A program made the translations under genes and the position numbers. 64,000 bases of DNA, from positions 1 through 64,000 of the forward strand of contig CAWEJX010000006.1 in the NCBI GenBank assembly GCA_963809485.1, written 5' to 3'. The notes beneath the pieces are model-generated. The model was not told the origin of the DNA and searched no databases. It worked only from the letters and a program-made list of their open reading frames with translations. Shown piece by piece: positions 1 to 11,287 of this stretch. Positions within the stretch are counted from its first letter, which is position 1; each line of letters opens with the position of its first letter. This DNA comes from an uncultured Acidobacteriota bacterium. GTDB lineage: Bacteria > Acidobacteriota > UBA6911.

Positions 1-174
1 GCCCCCGCGTCAAGCGGCGGATCGCGCCCCGTTTAACCAGGCGGTGTAATGCGAGTCGGACAGCTTCAGGGCCTCCAAGATCAAGGAAAGCCTTTGGTGT
101 GAAGCATGTACCCCTTGATTTGCCCTGTATGCGAGCAAGCATCCTGTTTTCAATCGATTGCATATAATGTTTGC

Positions 175-220
175 CTTGAATTTGTAACGAAAAATAGCCT
201 TTATTCGTTACAAATTCAAG
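175..220. repeat. 17-bp perfect inverted repeat (CTTGAATTTGTAACGAA / TTCGTTACAAATTCAAG), 12-nt spacer
   Basis: Read directly; AT-rich, downstream of the broken integrase; function unknown. Confidence 0.7.
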
Positions 221-267
221 CGGTAATTTTGACGAACTGGCTGTTTCGGCGGTGATCTCTCGCGAAA

Positions 268-1154
268 CTAGACGACTTTTTTAGAGGCTAGACAGTCATT
301 TAGCTTTTTAAGAGATTTGACCAGCCTGTCGGGAATTGGAACTTCACGACCCTTGTACGCTTTCGGTGAAAATCCAAACTCCGGCTTATAGCGGACCGTC
401 ACCACTCCCCGGACGAGGTTTATTTCCGACCAGGTGCAATACATCACTTCCTGTTCCCGCAACCCGGTCATCAGGAAAAACTCGAACCACAATCGTTCGT
501 CGTCCTTAGCAGGCTGCGAAGAACTTTGTTCAGCTCTTCCCGCTCATAGATCTCGGGTTCATCTTCGACATAGCGCGGCCAGTCGTTTTTTCCGACCAGG
601 CCGCGAATGCCGTTGGTCTTGAGAAACGACATTATGCTTTCGAACTTGTTGTAGACGGTGCGTGGCTGGAGCTTTTTGGTGTCGCGGAGAAAGGCGCTGT
701 ATTGAAGCAGGTCAGATCGAGCAATATCGGCTACGCGGGCTTTCGTGCAGGATTCCAGGAAATATTCCAGCGCTGTTTTATATGCCGCATATGTCTTATG
801 CTTCTTGGTCTTCTTTATGTCTTCGAGATAGATAGACAACGGCATCTCCCAGCAGAGTGCCATCGGAGTTGCTTTCGTCGGCAATTTGATTCCGGCGGCT
901 TTGCTGGCCAGGATTTGCTCCTGTTGATGCCGTCGTGCGGCTGCGGTTGCGGCATCTTTGCCGACAGATCGGCGAACTCGCCTGGAGCCTTCGTACCATT
1001 CCAGGTAATAGGCTCCCTCTGGATGCCGTTCTTCTTTGTCGCCGATCACCACGTAATCCGGTTTAACCCGGCCGTTGGCAGAGATAACCACTGGACAGAA
1101 GCGAAGGCCATTTGAAGTGCGGATGCGTTTTGTGAGGTTGACTTGGCGATTCAT
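268..1154 (-). pseudogene. Tyrosine recombinase/phage integrase, frameshifted and C-terminally truncated
   Basis: ORFs 471..1154 and 268..492 join: SAM-like core region, then FLMTGLREQE (catalytic Arg box) and SPK; HxxR and the catalytic Tyr are missing; starts ~70 bp from the tRNA-Ser 3' end. Confidence 0.85.
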
Positions 1155-1227
1155 TGGTGACCGAACCTCCCGATTTCGGTATCACCAATGGTATCATAGC
1201 TTGTTAACTAATTGAAAATAAAAGGTG

Positions 1228-1317
<90 letters not shown>

Positions 1318-1627
1318 GGTTGATGCGGTCCGCCGCCTGAAGCCCCGGCGGAGTGTTGATTGTATTCCGCGAACTGGGGAACCGCAAGTCCCGAAAACGC
1401 ACACCGTTTTCTGTCGCACGTTGGAGATTCGACTTCTTGCAGATAAATTTCCCGTGAATAAAAAGGGGAAACGCGAAACGTTTTATTCCGTTCCAGGCGT
1501 TGGGATCGGAATCGGACCGATGACCCCGATGCTAACCGCAAAAAACGCGGCCAACCCCGGGCACTGTGACGCGGCCTGAGCTTCAAGGCAGGGGTTTTGA
1601 GACAGGTCTCCGGGGAGACCCTCCGCA

Positions 1628-2436
1628 CTAAACCTTTTTCGCGGGCGGCCGGGGTGCTTGCTTCTCAGGTGCGCGGTCCGGAGGGCCGCGGCGTTTCATC
1701 TGCCGGTATACGTTTTTTCCCAGCTTGATGTTTTTGAAACCGCCTTTGCGAGTCATGGCTTTTACGGTTTTTGGCGCCGGCGGCCCATCCTCTGGCGCGT
1801 TGGCCGGCTTGGGACCGACACGCTCGACGACGACGTGTTTGATCACCACCGGCGTGATCGGACGTTCTTCCTCAGCCGGAGTTCTTGCGATTGCTTTTAT
1901 ACCGGAGAGTTCTTCGCATTGGCCGAAGATCGTGTGCTTGTCATCCAGATAGGTCGTGCGGCGACTTCCGTGATAAAGAACTGGCTTCCATTGGTATTCG
2001 GACCGGCATTTGCCATCGCCAGGCGGCCGGGATGTTGAAGCGGAGGGCTGGAGTGAACTCGTCTTTGAAGGGAAATCCGGGCCCTCCCGGTTCTCCTTCG
2101 CCGGTTCCAAGCGGATCGCCTCCCTGGATCATAAACTGCGGGATGACGCGATGGAATGTGAGACCGTCATAGAAAGGCTTGCCGGATACCTTCTGTTTTG
2201 TGCGCGGATCTATATAGGATAGTTTGCCTGTCGCCAGTCCGACGATTGTCTTAACGGTCAGCGGCGCTTCCTTTTCGAACAATTTGCAGTGGATATCTCC
2301 CATGCGAGGTTTCGAACGTCATGTAAAGGCCGGGCGCGCCGTTCTGTTCCGGACGTTCTGCCGGCGCGGTTGCTTGCTGTGCAGCTGCAGACATGGCAAA
2401 GCCAGCAATAACGATGATCCATAAAAATCGATGCAT
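1628..2436 (-). CDS. Cyclophilin-type peptidyl-prolyl cis-trans isomerase with signal peptide (apparent frameshifts; 3' end uncertain)
   Basis: FYDGLTFHRVIPQFMIQGGDPLGTGEG and LDDKHTIFGQ motifs spread over several frames; ATG 2436 with GAGGA RBS. Confidence 0.85.
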
Positions 2437-3438
2437 GGTTCCTCTTTTCGTCCACTCGATGCCAACTGCCGTGCTTTCCTGTTCTTCGTATTCCACAACT
2501 TTAGTCAGGATGCTGTCAAGGTCGTAGGTATTCTTATAGCCGATCAAATCAGCTATTTTGGAGATGTCCGGAACGCGGCGCTCCATGTCTTCGAAACCTT
2601 CCTGGTAGGCTTCATCGTAGGGGATGTGCTGGATCGGCGAGGCGCTGTTGGTAATGGATTTGACCCGCGCGGCAAGATCATTCATGGAAATCTCGTCGTT
2701 CCCGCCGATGTTGAATATCTCGCCAACCGCCCTGGGTTCATCAATCAGGCCGATGACTCCGCGCACGACATCTTCGACATAAGTGAAATTGCGGGTTTGG
2801 TTCCCATCTCCATAAACCGTGATCGGGTTCGTTTCTCAATGCCTGTCCCACAAAGCGCGGAATAACCATCCCGTATCGCCCCGTCTGCCTGGGCCCGACC
2901 GTGTTGAAGAATCGCGCGATAATGATCGGAAGCTGTTTGGTCCGGTAATAGGCGAGCGCCAGGAATTCGTCCATGGCTTTGGTGGCGGCATAGCTCCAGC
3001 GGGCAAGGTGGGTCGAACCGTAGATCCGGATGTCGGTTTCTTTCAGAGGCACCTGCGAGTTCCTTCCATAGATCTCCGAGGTGGAGGCGAGGAATGTCTT
3101 CTTGCGGAACTTGTTGGCCAGTTCGAGAACGATCTCAGTCCCGACAATATTGGTGTGGATGGATTTGAGCGGTTCGTCGATGATCAGCTGGACTCCGACG
3201 GCGGCTGCCAGGTGGGCGACCACATCGCAGATGCCGATGAGCTCCAGCATCGACGTCCCGGTTCAGAATGGTGTCGTTTACGAAATGGAACAGGGGATTC
3301 TTGCATGAAGGGCTGGATATTGGCCAGGCTTCCCGTCGAGAGGTCGTCAATGACGTAGACCTCATCGCCTCGGGCCAGATAGCCTTCGGCAAGATAGGAG
3401 CCGATAAAACCCGCTCCTCCGGTAATCAGAACTTTCAA
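2437..3438 (-). CDS. NAD-dependent nucleotide-sugar epimerase/dehydratase (apparent frameshifts; true stop uncertain)
   Basis: MKVLITGGAGFIGS, ASTSEIYG, YAATK (YxxxK), RFFNTVGPRQ in ORFs 3184..3438, 2741..3250, 2251..2766. Confidence 0.88.
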
Positions 3439-3573
3439 TGGGTCACCTCCGCGCGAAGCATGAATCTAGTTCTCTTCCGCAAGCGCAGCCGTCAACATTG
3501 AGCTTCATAGACGGACTCAGGGAAGATCCGCGGCCATGGTCTATAATAAGTATTTCCGAGTCTTGCGGACACT

Positions 3574-5865
3574 ATGACCGAACTTTCTGGCTTCACGAAT
3601 CCACCGGAATGGGAACGGGTCCCGAACCCGCCGCTATATTCTTGCCGGCATCATTTTCCTGGTTCTCTCGCTGGCCGCCACGCAGACCTTTTTGCACCGG
3701 ACGTCGGTCGGGAGCCCGCGATTCATACGAATGACCTTCCTGCTCTACACAGCCACGGTCGTGGTCGTGCTGGCGCTATTGATTCTGGCCACAGTCCTCG
3801 GGCGGAACCTGATCAAGCTCTATTTCGAAAGAAAAAGCGGACAGGTCGGAAGCGGATTCAAGAGCCAAGATGGTCCGGACATTCATCGTCGCTGTCGCTT
3901 CTGCCGGCGGTGCTGCTCTTTTTTCTGGCCTACAGCCTGATCAGTTCCTCCATCGAGCAATGGTTCCGCGCACCTCCTGCCCAGATGATGGAGAACAGCC
4001 GCGCTGCTGGCCCAGCAGTACTATGCGGAAGCGGAGCAGCGGGCGAAATACTTTGCCGCGAACATTGCCGGATATCTCCAGTCCGCGGAAGGATTGCAGT
4101 CCCGAGTCGCAGCCGAAGCTTCAGCAGAAACTGCAGGAATTCTGCCGCCAATACGTCCTGGGCAACGTGAGGGTATACGACAACCGAGCCCGGCCAACCG
4201 CGGATGCCGGGAACGCGGTTTCCTCGAGCAGCCATCAATATTTCCATAAAGCGCCTGGTCGACCAGGCGCTCCTCGGCCAGCAGGGATTCCTTGTAGCGC
4301 GCGCCTATCCAACCGATGCCTTGAATGAGATCACCTGGGCCACGGCTCCCATACGGGACGCCCGCGGCAGCGATTATCGGGCGCTGTTCTGACGGAAACG
4401 GTCGAATCCGCAAAGCGCCAAATTCAGGGCGGATTCGGTGATGGAAGCCTATGATAAATATGAGCAGCTGCAGGCAGAAGAATCCGCACTCCGCTTCAAC
4501 TCTCTTCTGATGCTGGTGCTCGCAACCCTCCTGATCATTTTCGCTTTCTCCTGGTTTGCCCTGTATCTGGCCAAACGCATTACGGTCCCGATCAAGGCGC
4601 TGGCGCAAGGCGCCGCCGCGGTCGCCATGGGAAACCTGGGTCATCGCGTGGAATGCCAGGCTTTCGACGAGCTCGAGAGCCTGGTGGTTTCCTTCAACCG
4701 GATGACCGGCGACCTGCAGGAAAACGAGAGGCGCATCGAGGCTGCCCAGCAGAATCTGCGCCGAACGAATGTTGAGCATGCTGACCGCCGCCGCTATATC
4801 GAGACGATTCTGCAGACGATCGCCACAGGGGTGATATCCCTGGACCGCGAATACGGCATACGCACTATGAACCGGGCCGCCATCCAGATGCTGCAGGTTG
4901 AGGATTTCCGGGGAGGCGCCAGACTCGAAGAAGTGGTCCACCCCCCGACAAGCGATATTATGCGCGCTCTCCTGCAGAAATCGGCGGTGCTGGGGACGGT
5001 CGTGAGAAATATCGAACTCGCTTTCCCCGGGAAAAGTCTGCAGCTCGCCGCCACGGTGACACCGCTCGAAGACAGCGCCGGTCAGCGCACGGGCTGGGTG
5101 ATGGTGCTGGACGATATGACCGAGCTGCTCAGGATGGAAAAGATGTCGGCCTGGCAGGAAGTGGCGCGCCGCCTGGCCCACGAAATAAAGAATCCTTTGA
5201 CCCCCATCCAGCTGTCCGCCGAACGCCTGCTGCGCAGGTACCGGCAGATGGCGCCGCTGCCGTCGGGCATTTCGGGCACATGGCAGGCCGATTTCTCAAG
5301 ATTTGAAAAACTGCTCGACGAATGCGTTCAGACAATTATTCAGGAAGTCGCCTCCCTTAAAAATCTCGTCGATGAATTTTCACGGTTTGCGCGGCTTCCC
5401 GAAGCCAGGCCGGAGGAAACCGACCTCCACCGCATTCTGGACAACACGCTGAGCCTTTATAACGGGCGCATTTCGGACATAAATGTCCAAAAGAACTATG
5501 ATGCGGGCATCCCGAAGCTGAAGCTGGATCCCGAACAAATGAAGCGTGTGTTTATCAACCTGTTCGACAATGCGCTGGAGGCCATGGCGGAGAATGCGCA
5601 CAAAAAGATCCTGCATCTCCGAACTATCTGCAACGCGCAGCAGGGGTGCGTGACCGTCGAGGTCGGGGATACCGGGCGGGGATTTCCGGAAGAGTATCAG
5701 GATGACGTGTTTCTTCCCTATATTTCGACCCGGAAAGGCGGAACCGGCCTCGGTCTGGCGATTGTGCGCCAGATAATATCCGATCATCACGGCAATGTGC
5801 GCGCGGAGCCGAACGTGCCGGTAGGCACCCGCATCCTGATTGATTTGCCCTTGGCTCCGGCCTGA
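3574..5865 (+). CDS. NtrY-like membrane sensor histidine kinase (HAMP-PAS-HisKA-HATPase); 5' part frameshifted
   Basis: AWQEVARRLAHEIKNPLTPIQL H-box, NLFDNA, DTGRG, GTGLGL; N-terminal TM segments split over several frames. Confidence 0.88.
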
Positions 5866-5888
5866 AACCGGTTCACAATAAAGCCCCT

Positions 5889-7272
5889 ATGATTCGTCCT
5901 GCAATATTGATCGTTGATGATGAAAAAAACGTCCAGACGTCGATCCAGGGAATCCTTGAGGATGCCGGATTCGACGCCCAGGCCGTCTCCAGCGGCGGAG
6001 GAGGCTTTGGAACTCCTGCTGAAGAGGGAGTTCTCGGTGGTGCTCCTGGACATCTGGCTGCCGGGGATGGACGGCCTTCAGGCGCTGGGGAAGATACGGC
6101 AGATCTCTCCCGGAACGGGTGTGATCATGATTTCGGGCCACGGATCGATTGAGACCGCGGTGCGCGCGACCAAACTGGGTGCCTTTGATTTTGTCGAAAA
6201 ACCGCTATCGCTGGAAAAAACCCTGCTGGTCGTCAAAAACGCCCTGAACCAGCACCAGCTGCAGGAGGAAAATCGTCTCCTCAGGGAGCAGATCGCCCAG
6301 AAATACGTGATGATCGGCGACTCGGTCCCGATGCAGGCGCTGCGCCAGCAAATCGCATTTGCGGCGCCGACCAACGGAAGGGTCCTCATCTGCGGGGAAA
6401 ACGGGACAGGCAAGGAACTCGTTGCCCGGCTGCTCCATTTGCACAGCCTGCGCTGCGACGGCTCCTTCGTGGAAATGAATTGCGCCGCTATCCCCGAGGA
6501 GCTGATCGAAAGCGAGCTGTTCGGCCATGTCAAAGGTTCCTTTACGGGCGCTTCCGAAGACAAGGAAGGAAAATTTGCCCGGGCCGACGGCGGGACGCTG
6601 TTCCTGGACGAAGTGGGCGATATGAGCCCCAAGACGCAGGCCAAGGTGTTGCGGGTTCTGGAAGAGCAGCGATTCACGCCCGTGGGCGGAAATGCGTCCA
6701 TGAATGTGGATGTCCGTGTCATCGCCTCCACCAACAAGAACCTGGAGCGCGAGATCGAGGCCGGCAATTTCCGTGAAGATCTGTACTACCGGCTCAACGT
6801 TCTTCCGTTTCAGCTGCCGCCTTTGCGGGAGCGGCGAGAGGATATACCGGTGCTCACGGTCTACTTCCTGGATGATTTCGCCCGGCGGTACGGCCGCAAG
6901 CCGCCCGTGTTGACGCGCAGGGCTTCCGAAGTTCTCGACAGCTATCCGTGGCCGGGCAACGTGCGGGAATTGAAGAACATCATGGAGCGCATCATTATCA
7001 TGACGCCCCAGCCGCGCATAGATATCTACGACCTGCCCGAAGCGCTGTTGAACCGGACCCTGCTGCCCCAGGCGGGCCAGGAGGAAGCGTATTCGCTCCA
7101 GGGCGCGCGCGAGAAGTTCGAGAAGGAGTTCATCCTGCAAAAACTGGTGGAAAACAAAGGAAACGTCAGCCGGGCGGCCCAGGCTCTGCAGATAGAGCGC
7201 AGCAATCTCTACAGAAAGATCCGGCAGTTGGGCATCCCCTACTCCGGCAGAGAGAACGGAGAAAATGAATAG
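5889..7272 (+). CDS. NtrX-like sigma-54-dependent response regulator (frameshift near 5995)
   Basis: ILIVDDE/LLDIWLPGMDG receiver, GENGTGKE Walker A, GSFTGA, LFLDEVGD, C-terminal Fis HTH. Confidence 0.9.
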
Positions 7273-7284
7273 GAAATCCCGCGG

Positions 7285-8292
7285 TTATGGGGTGCCGCTA
7301 CGCCGCCTCTGAATCACGAATGAATCCAGCAATACCGAGACAAGAACCGCTGACGGTATCGCCATCATCGCCCCGGTGATCCCTGCGAGTTCACTCCCGA
7401 TCAGGAGCGCGATCAGGATGGCTGAGGCCGAAAGCTGGACCTGGGATTTCATGATTCTGGGCGTAAGAATTGCGTTTTCGATCTGCTGATATATAAGGAA
7501 AAAAACAAGCACCCCGATGAGCTTGCCCCACGAGTCGAACGCGGCCACCAGTCCCGCAAGAATCACGCTGACTATCGGCCCCAGCATCGGAACAAAATTG
7601 GCGAGGCCGGCGAATACACCCAGCAGGTAGAAGTACCGGACCTTGAGCAGGCCGAATACCAGCACACTCGCGGATCCCAGGATCAGCATCAGCAGCGCCT
7701 GGCCCACAAGCCATTTGCGCATGCGCACTGCAGCCGCGATCAGCGCGGGTCTCAACCGGTCCCGTGTCTCCTGCGACAGCAACGAAAGGGACCGCTCGAA
7801 TACCTGCTCCCCTTCGAGGATGAGATATGCGGTCAGAACGACGACCGCAGCGATGGAAGCAATGCCGCTGGCGATGCTCCCGAACACTCCGGTGATGTTC
7901 GAAGCCAGGGTAGAGGCGTATTTTTCCAGCGTAAGGCTGTCCGGCTGGGGGAAGTAGGGAATACCGATGAGACGCTCGTGGAGCTTCCTGAGTTCCTGGG
8001 GAAGGAGAACAAAGAGCTGCTGGATATCGGCGATCACCTGCGGCAGACCGAATCCCAGGAGGACAACCAGGGCGGTGAGGATTGCCATGACAAGAAGGGC
8101 AATAGCCACGCCCCGGCTGGGATGCCATCGGAGAATCTTCAGGCCGCCGACCCATTGGACTGCGGGGCTCAGCACGATGGCGAAAATGCAGCTGACATAA
8201 ACAGTCAGCAAGGAATACCGGATCAGGTATGCAAAGAATAGCCCGATTGCGGCGACGGTTGCGAAAAGAATGGTTTTTTTAATATTGTCCAT
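7285..8292 (-). CDS. AI-2E family transporter
   Basis: Multi-TM; NFVPMLGP, QQIENAILTPRIM and GAMMAIP patterns. Confidence 0.85.
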   Translation of the reverse strand: MDNIKKTILFATVAAIGLFFAYLIRYSLLTVYVSCIFAIVLSPAVQWVGGLKILRWHPSRGVAIALLVMAILTALVVLLGFGLPQVIADIQQLFVLLPQELRKLHERLIGIPYFPQPDSLTLEKYASTLASNITGVFGSIASGIASIAAVVVLTAYLILEGEQVFERSLSLLSQETRDRLRPALIAAAVRMRKWLVGQALLMLILGSASVLVFGLLKVRYFYLLGVFAGLANFVPMLGPIVSVILAGLVAAFDSWGKLIGVLVFFLIYQQIENAILTPRIMKSQVQLSASAILIALLIGSELAGITGAMMAIPSAVLVSVLLDSFVIQRRRSGTP

Positions 8293-8406
8293 TTCGGATC
8301 AATTCCCCTGGCTGCGAGTCAGGTGATACCCAGATCAGATTTTACAGCCCCGTAGTGTTTTTCTCATCCGATTCTCCTCACAGGCTGCCCTTGGGGGCTT
8401 CGGGCT

Positions 8407-8874
8407 TCAGTGCATAGTGAAGTCCCCGGATATTTGCCGCAAAGCTTCATACACGACTACGGCGGCCGCCGTTGCCAGGTTCAGGCTCCGCACGTTTGCG
8501 GAGCTCATCGGAATACGCAATGCATGATCCCAATTATTGCGCAGCACATCCTCCGGAAGCCCCCAGGACTCCGGGCCAAAAACCAGGCAGTCGCCGGTCT
8601 GATAGCGGACATCCGTGTAAAGGCGTTCGGCGCGGGCGCTCAAAAAAAAGAAGTGCGCAAGCGGCAGTCTGGATTTCAGCTCCTCAAGAGTCGTTTCGCG
8701 CCGAAGGTCCACATGGGGCCAGTAATCGAGACCGGCGCGACGGACGGCCCTGTCGTCAGTGCGAAAGCCCGGATTCCCCACCAGGTGCAACGGCAATCCG
8801 TTGGCGGCGCACAGACGCGCGATATTCCCGGTATTTGGATGTATTTCGGGCTTCAGCAGCGCGACGTGGATCAA
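8407..8874 (-). CDS. trmL: tRNA (cytidine/uridine-34 2'-O)-methyltransferase, SPOUT family
   Basis: PEIHPNTGNIARLC, RRAGLDYW, FGPESWGLP, RSLNLA. Confidence 0.92.
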   Translation of the reverse strand: MIHVALLKPEIHPNTGNIARLCAANGLPLHLVGNPGFRTDDRAVRRAGLDYWPHVDLRRETTLEELKSRLPLAHFFFLSARAERLYTDVRYQTGDCLVFGPESWGLPEDVLRNNWDHALRIPMSSANVRSLNLATAAAVVVYEALRQISGDFTMH

Positions 8875-8899
8875 AATGCAAACCTCTATACAAACATAC

Positions 8900-9829
8900 C
8901 TAATGATAGTGGGAATTCATCTCACCTGCGCGGATCGCAACTGTCAGTGTGTTCGATTTCGGTGGAACCGGGCAGTTGTAATAGTCCGAAAAGGCGCAGG
9001 CGGGATTATAGGCCTGGTTGAAATCCAGCAGATAATTTCCGTTCTCGAGTTTTTTCAGATCCACGTACCGTCCCATCGGATAACTTTCTTTTCCGCTGGT
9101 CGCGTCCCGGAAAAAGACCGACAGGTCGTCCGCTCCGGAACCGGGTTCCAGAAGACGGGTTACTTCGAGCCGGCAAGGCGTATCGTTGACGTAAAAGTCC
9201 ACCCATCCGGCGCGTTCGGCCTGCCTCTGATTCCCCCGGGTGGACATAATAATCACCGGTTCTGCTTTGGGATCACGCTTCAGCGGGAGTTCATAGCGGA
9301 AAGCGAAGTCTATCGGAAAATACTCGATGCCCTTGTACTTCTTAAACCTGGGGCTCCGGGCGTCAAAAACTATGATGGCCGGGTATCTTTGATGGGAAAG
9401 GCGCAGTTCAAAGCGCCCGACCCGGATGGCAGCAGGCCCCGTGGTTGCTTCACGGACGGGCGAATCCTTGATAATAAAACCGGCTTTATCATCCAGGGCT
9501 TCGACGCGAAACTGCTCACCGGTTACGGTTACTTTGAGATGGTGAGGCTCGATGCCTTCGGCATCCAGCCGGACATCGTTGTCGGCTGCGCGGCCGACAG
9601 CCAGAGAGGGCTTGTCGCCGAAATTGATGCGCTCGACAGCGGCGAGATAGGATCTTGGGCTGCTGCGCAGCCACTCCCTGGTGTCCGCACGATCCTTCTC
9701 TACCTCCCGGATCACTTTGGCGGCCGCAGCCTTATCCAGTGTGACTGGCCTTGCCGCCGCTTTTTCGGTTTGCATTCCGGCACAGCCGGCCAGAACAATG
9801 GGTAAAAGGCAATACAGGATCCTTTTCAT
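8900..9829 (-). CDS. DUF1684 family lipoprotein
   Basis: Lipobox LAGC; FRDATSGKESYPMGRY and LDFNQAYNPACAFS-CPVPP motifs. Confidence 0.85.
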   Translation of the reverse strand: MKRILYCLLPIVLAGCAGMQTEKAAARPVTLDKAAAAKVIREVEKDRADTREWLRSSPRSYLAAVERINFGDKPSLAVGRAADNDVRLDAEGIEPHHLKVTVTGEQFRVEALDDKAGFIIKDSPVREATTGPAAIRVGRFELRLSHQRYPAIIVFDARSPRFKKYKGIEYFPIDFAFRYELPLKRDPKAEPVIIMSTRGNQRQAERAGWVDFYVNDTPCRLEVTRLLEPGSGADDLSVFFRDATSGKESYPMGRYVDLKKLENGNYLLDFNQAYNPACAFSDYYNCPVPPKSNTLTVAIRAGEMNSHYH

Positions 9830-10119
9830 GCAATCGATTATGAATCATTTTGCCCTGCCCAGAAATAGAGATGTTTTCGGAGCCTTCGAGTCCTGGAAGC
9901 TGCAGAGCAAAACTTAAACCGGCAGGGGCTTCCCGAAGGTTAGCGCATAGGGAATTCCCCTTCATCGATCAAAAAGGCCATAGCCTTTCCCGGCGCGATG
10001 CCGATACCAATAGAACCGGCGGAGTTTCGGTTTTGCCGGGGCATGCACAAATTTCTTGTGGCAGGCTGTCGCGCGATCTATTACTCTTGAGGTTGAAACT
10101 GTTGCGGATCTGACGAACC

Positions 10120-11028
10120 ATGCAGGCCTCTTCGGAAATCAGGAAAAAGCTGGCTTTTTTAATAGGGAACCTCATCCGCCGCTGTATCCATGATGCACGG
10201 ATGATTCCGTACATCCTCAGCCGGGATGAGGTCATAAAAATGCTGGTTGACGATCCCGCCTCATTCGAAAAGCTGGTGCGGGAAGAGCATGCGGATCAGA
10301 CCGCCTATTCCAAAGAGGATCTGACGGTCAAGCTCGATGCCGCTTCGGAGCTCGGGAAACTGGACTCGCTGCAAGCTTTTGAAAAAGACTTTTGGGGAGG
10401 ACCCGAGGTCGACATTTCCCCGATTCTGGACCTGACCAATCAGCTGACCCGGACTTTTGCGGTCTACCTGGGGAATGCCTCCACGCTTTTCGATAAAACC
10501 TTTGAAGAATTCATGCGCAAATTTCGCCAGTCGCTTTTCCGGGCAGGGATGTCGCTCAGGACGGTGGATTTCACGCTGGAAGACGTGGCGGCTCTGGAAG
10601 AAAATGCCCGGGAATACCTTTCAGCCGGCGAGCTTCTGCAAGCCTTCACTTTTGACCGGCTGCTCAGCTCTCAAATCATGATCGAGGAGGTGGTCCATCT
10701 TCCCAAGGAGGGCTTTTCACTGCGGGAGAGCCTGATGCGGCAGGCCTTAAATTCGCCGGATCTCTGCCGGGCATTGCCAAAATTTGTGATCCGTATCTCC
10801 TACATCAGCCAGGGCGTCTGGGAAGACCTGTTTCCCGAGCTTGTCCGGCTGGTCCACAGCGAAGCGGGGCTGTGCACCCCTTCGCACCTGGTCGATCTGA
10901 TTGAACAGGATATAGTTTTCACGTGCAACCTTCTGTGCACGTCTTATGCGGATCTCAGGCAGTGGACGTCTGTTCGGAGGAAGGAAGGTATCAAAAACAG
11001 CATTGGGAAACACATGATTTCTGCATGA
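10120..11028 (+). CDS. Hypothetical protein (302 aa; start may be further downstream)
   Basis: Long ORF with helical, coding-like composition; no motif recognised. Confidence 0.65.
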   Translation: MQASSEIRKKLAFLIGNLIRRCIHDARMIPYILSRDEVIKMLVDDPASFEKLVREEHADQTAYSKEDLTVKLDAASELGKLDSLQAFEKDFWGGPEVDISPILDLTNQLTRTFAVYLGNASTLFDKTFEEFMRKFRQSLFRAGMSLRTVDFTLEDVAALEENAREYLSAGELLQAFTFDRLLSSQIMIEEVVHLPKEGFSLRESLMRQALNSPDLCRALPKFVIRISYISQGVWEDLFPELVRLVHSEAGLCTPSHLVDLIEQDIVFTCNLLCTSYADLRQWTSVRRKEGIKNSIGKHMISA

Positions 11029-11032
11029 GATC

Positions 11033-11275
11033 TTAAGCCTGCTTCACGAGATCGGTAAGATTCAGATCCGTGACTTCGAGCACCGATTTGATCCCCATCC
11101 TGGCACATGCGCCGTCATATATCTGCTTTACAGCCTTTTTGGCCTGCTGAAGCTCAAGCAGCCTGTCCTTCACTTTTGCCAGTTCCATGCTGATCTCTTT
11201 GTCGAGCTCCTCCAATTCCTCCTTTGCCATTTGCCGTGTCACCTCATACTTATGCTTCTGCTGTTCTGTCAACAT
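11033..11275 (-). CDS. Small coiled-coil hypothetical protein (80 aa)
   Basis: GGAGG RBS, heptad-like E/K/L pattern, 12 bp downstream of TonB gene. Confidence 0.7.
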   Translation of the reverse strand: MLTEQQKHKYEVTRQMAKEELEELDKEISMELAKVKDRLLELQQAKKAVKQIYDGACARMGIKSVLEVTDLNLTDLVKQA

Positions 11276-11287
11276 TCTGCCTCCGGA

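Noticed and set aside
257-269. 12/13 match to the inverted repeat at 26723
   Set aside because: Single short match with no partner repeat visible; compatible with chance.
2251-2766. Epimerase-cyclophilin fusion protein
   Set aside because: The cyclophilin has its own RBS, ATG and signal peptide at 2436; the read-through is most likely an indel artefact.
4390-4392. TGA in the sensor kinase region as selenocysteine
   Set aside because: Explained by a local frameshift in an indel-rich stretch; no Cys motif context.
8759-9805. Long antisense ORFs (e.g. 8759..9805, 4021..5181, 6205..7140, 29280..30167)
   Set aside because: Shadows of well-supported genes on the opposite strand in GC-rich DNA; no motifs.
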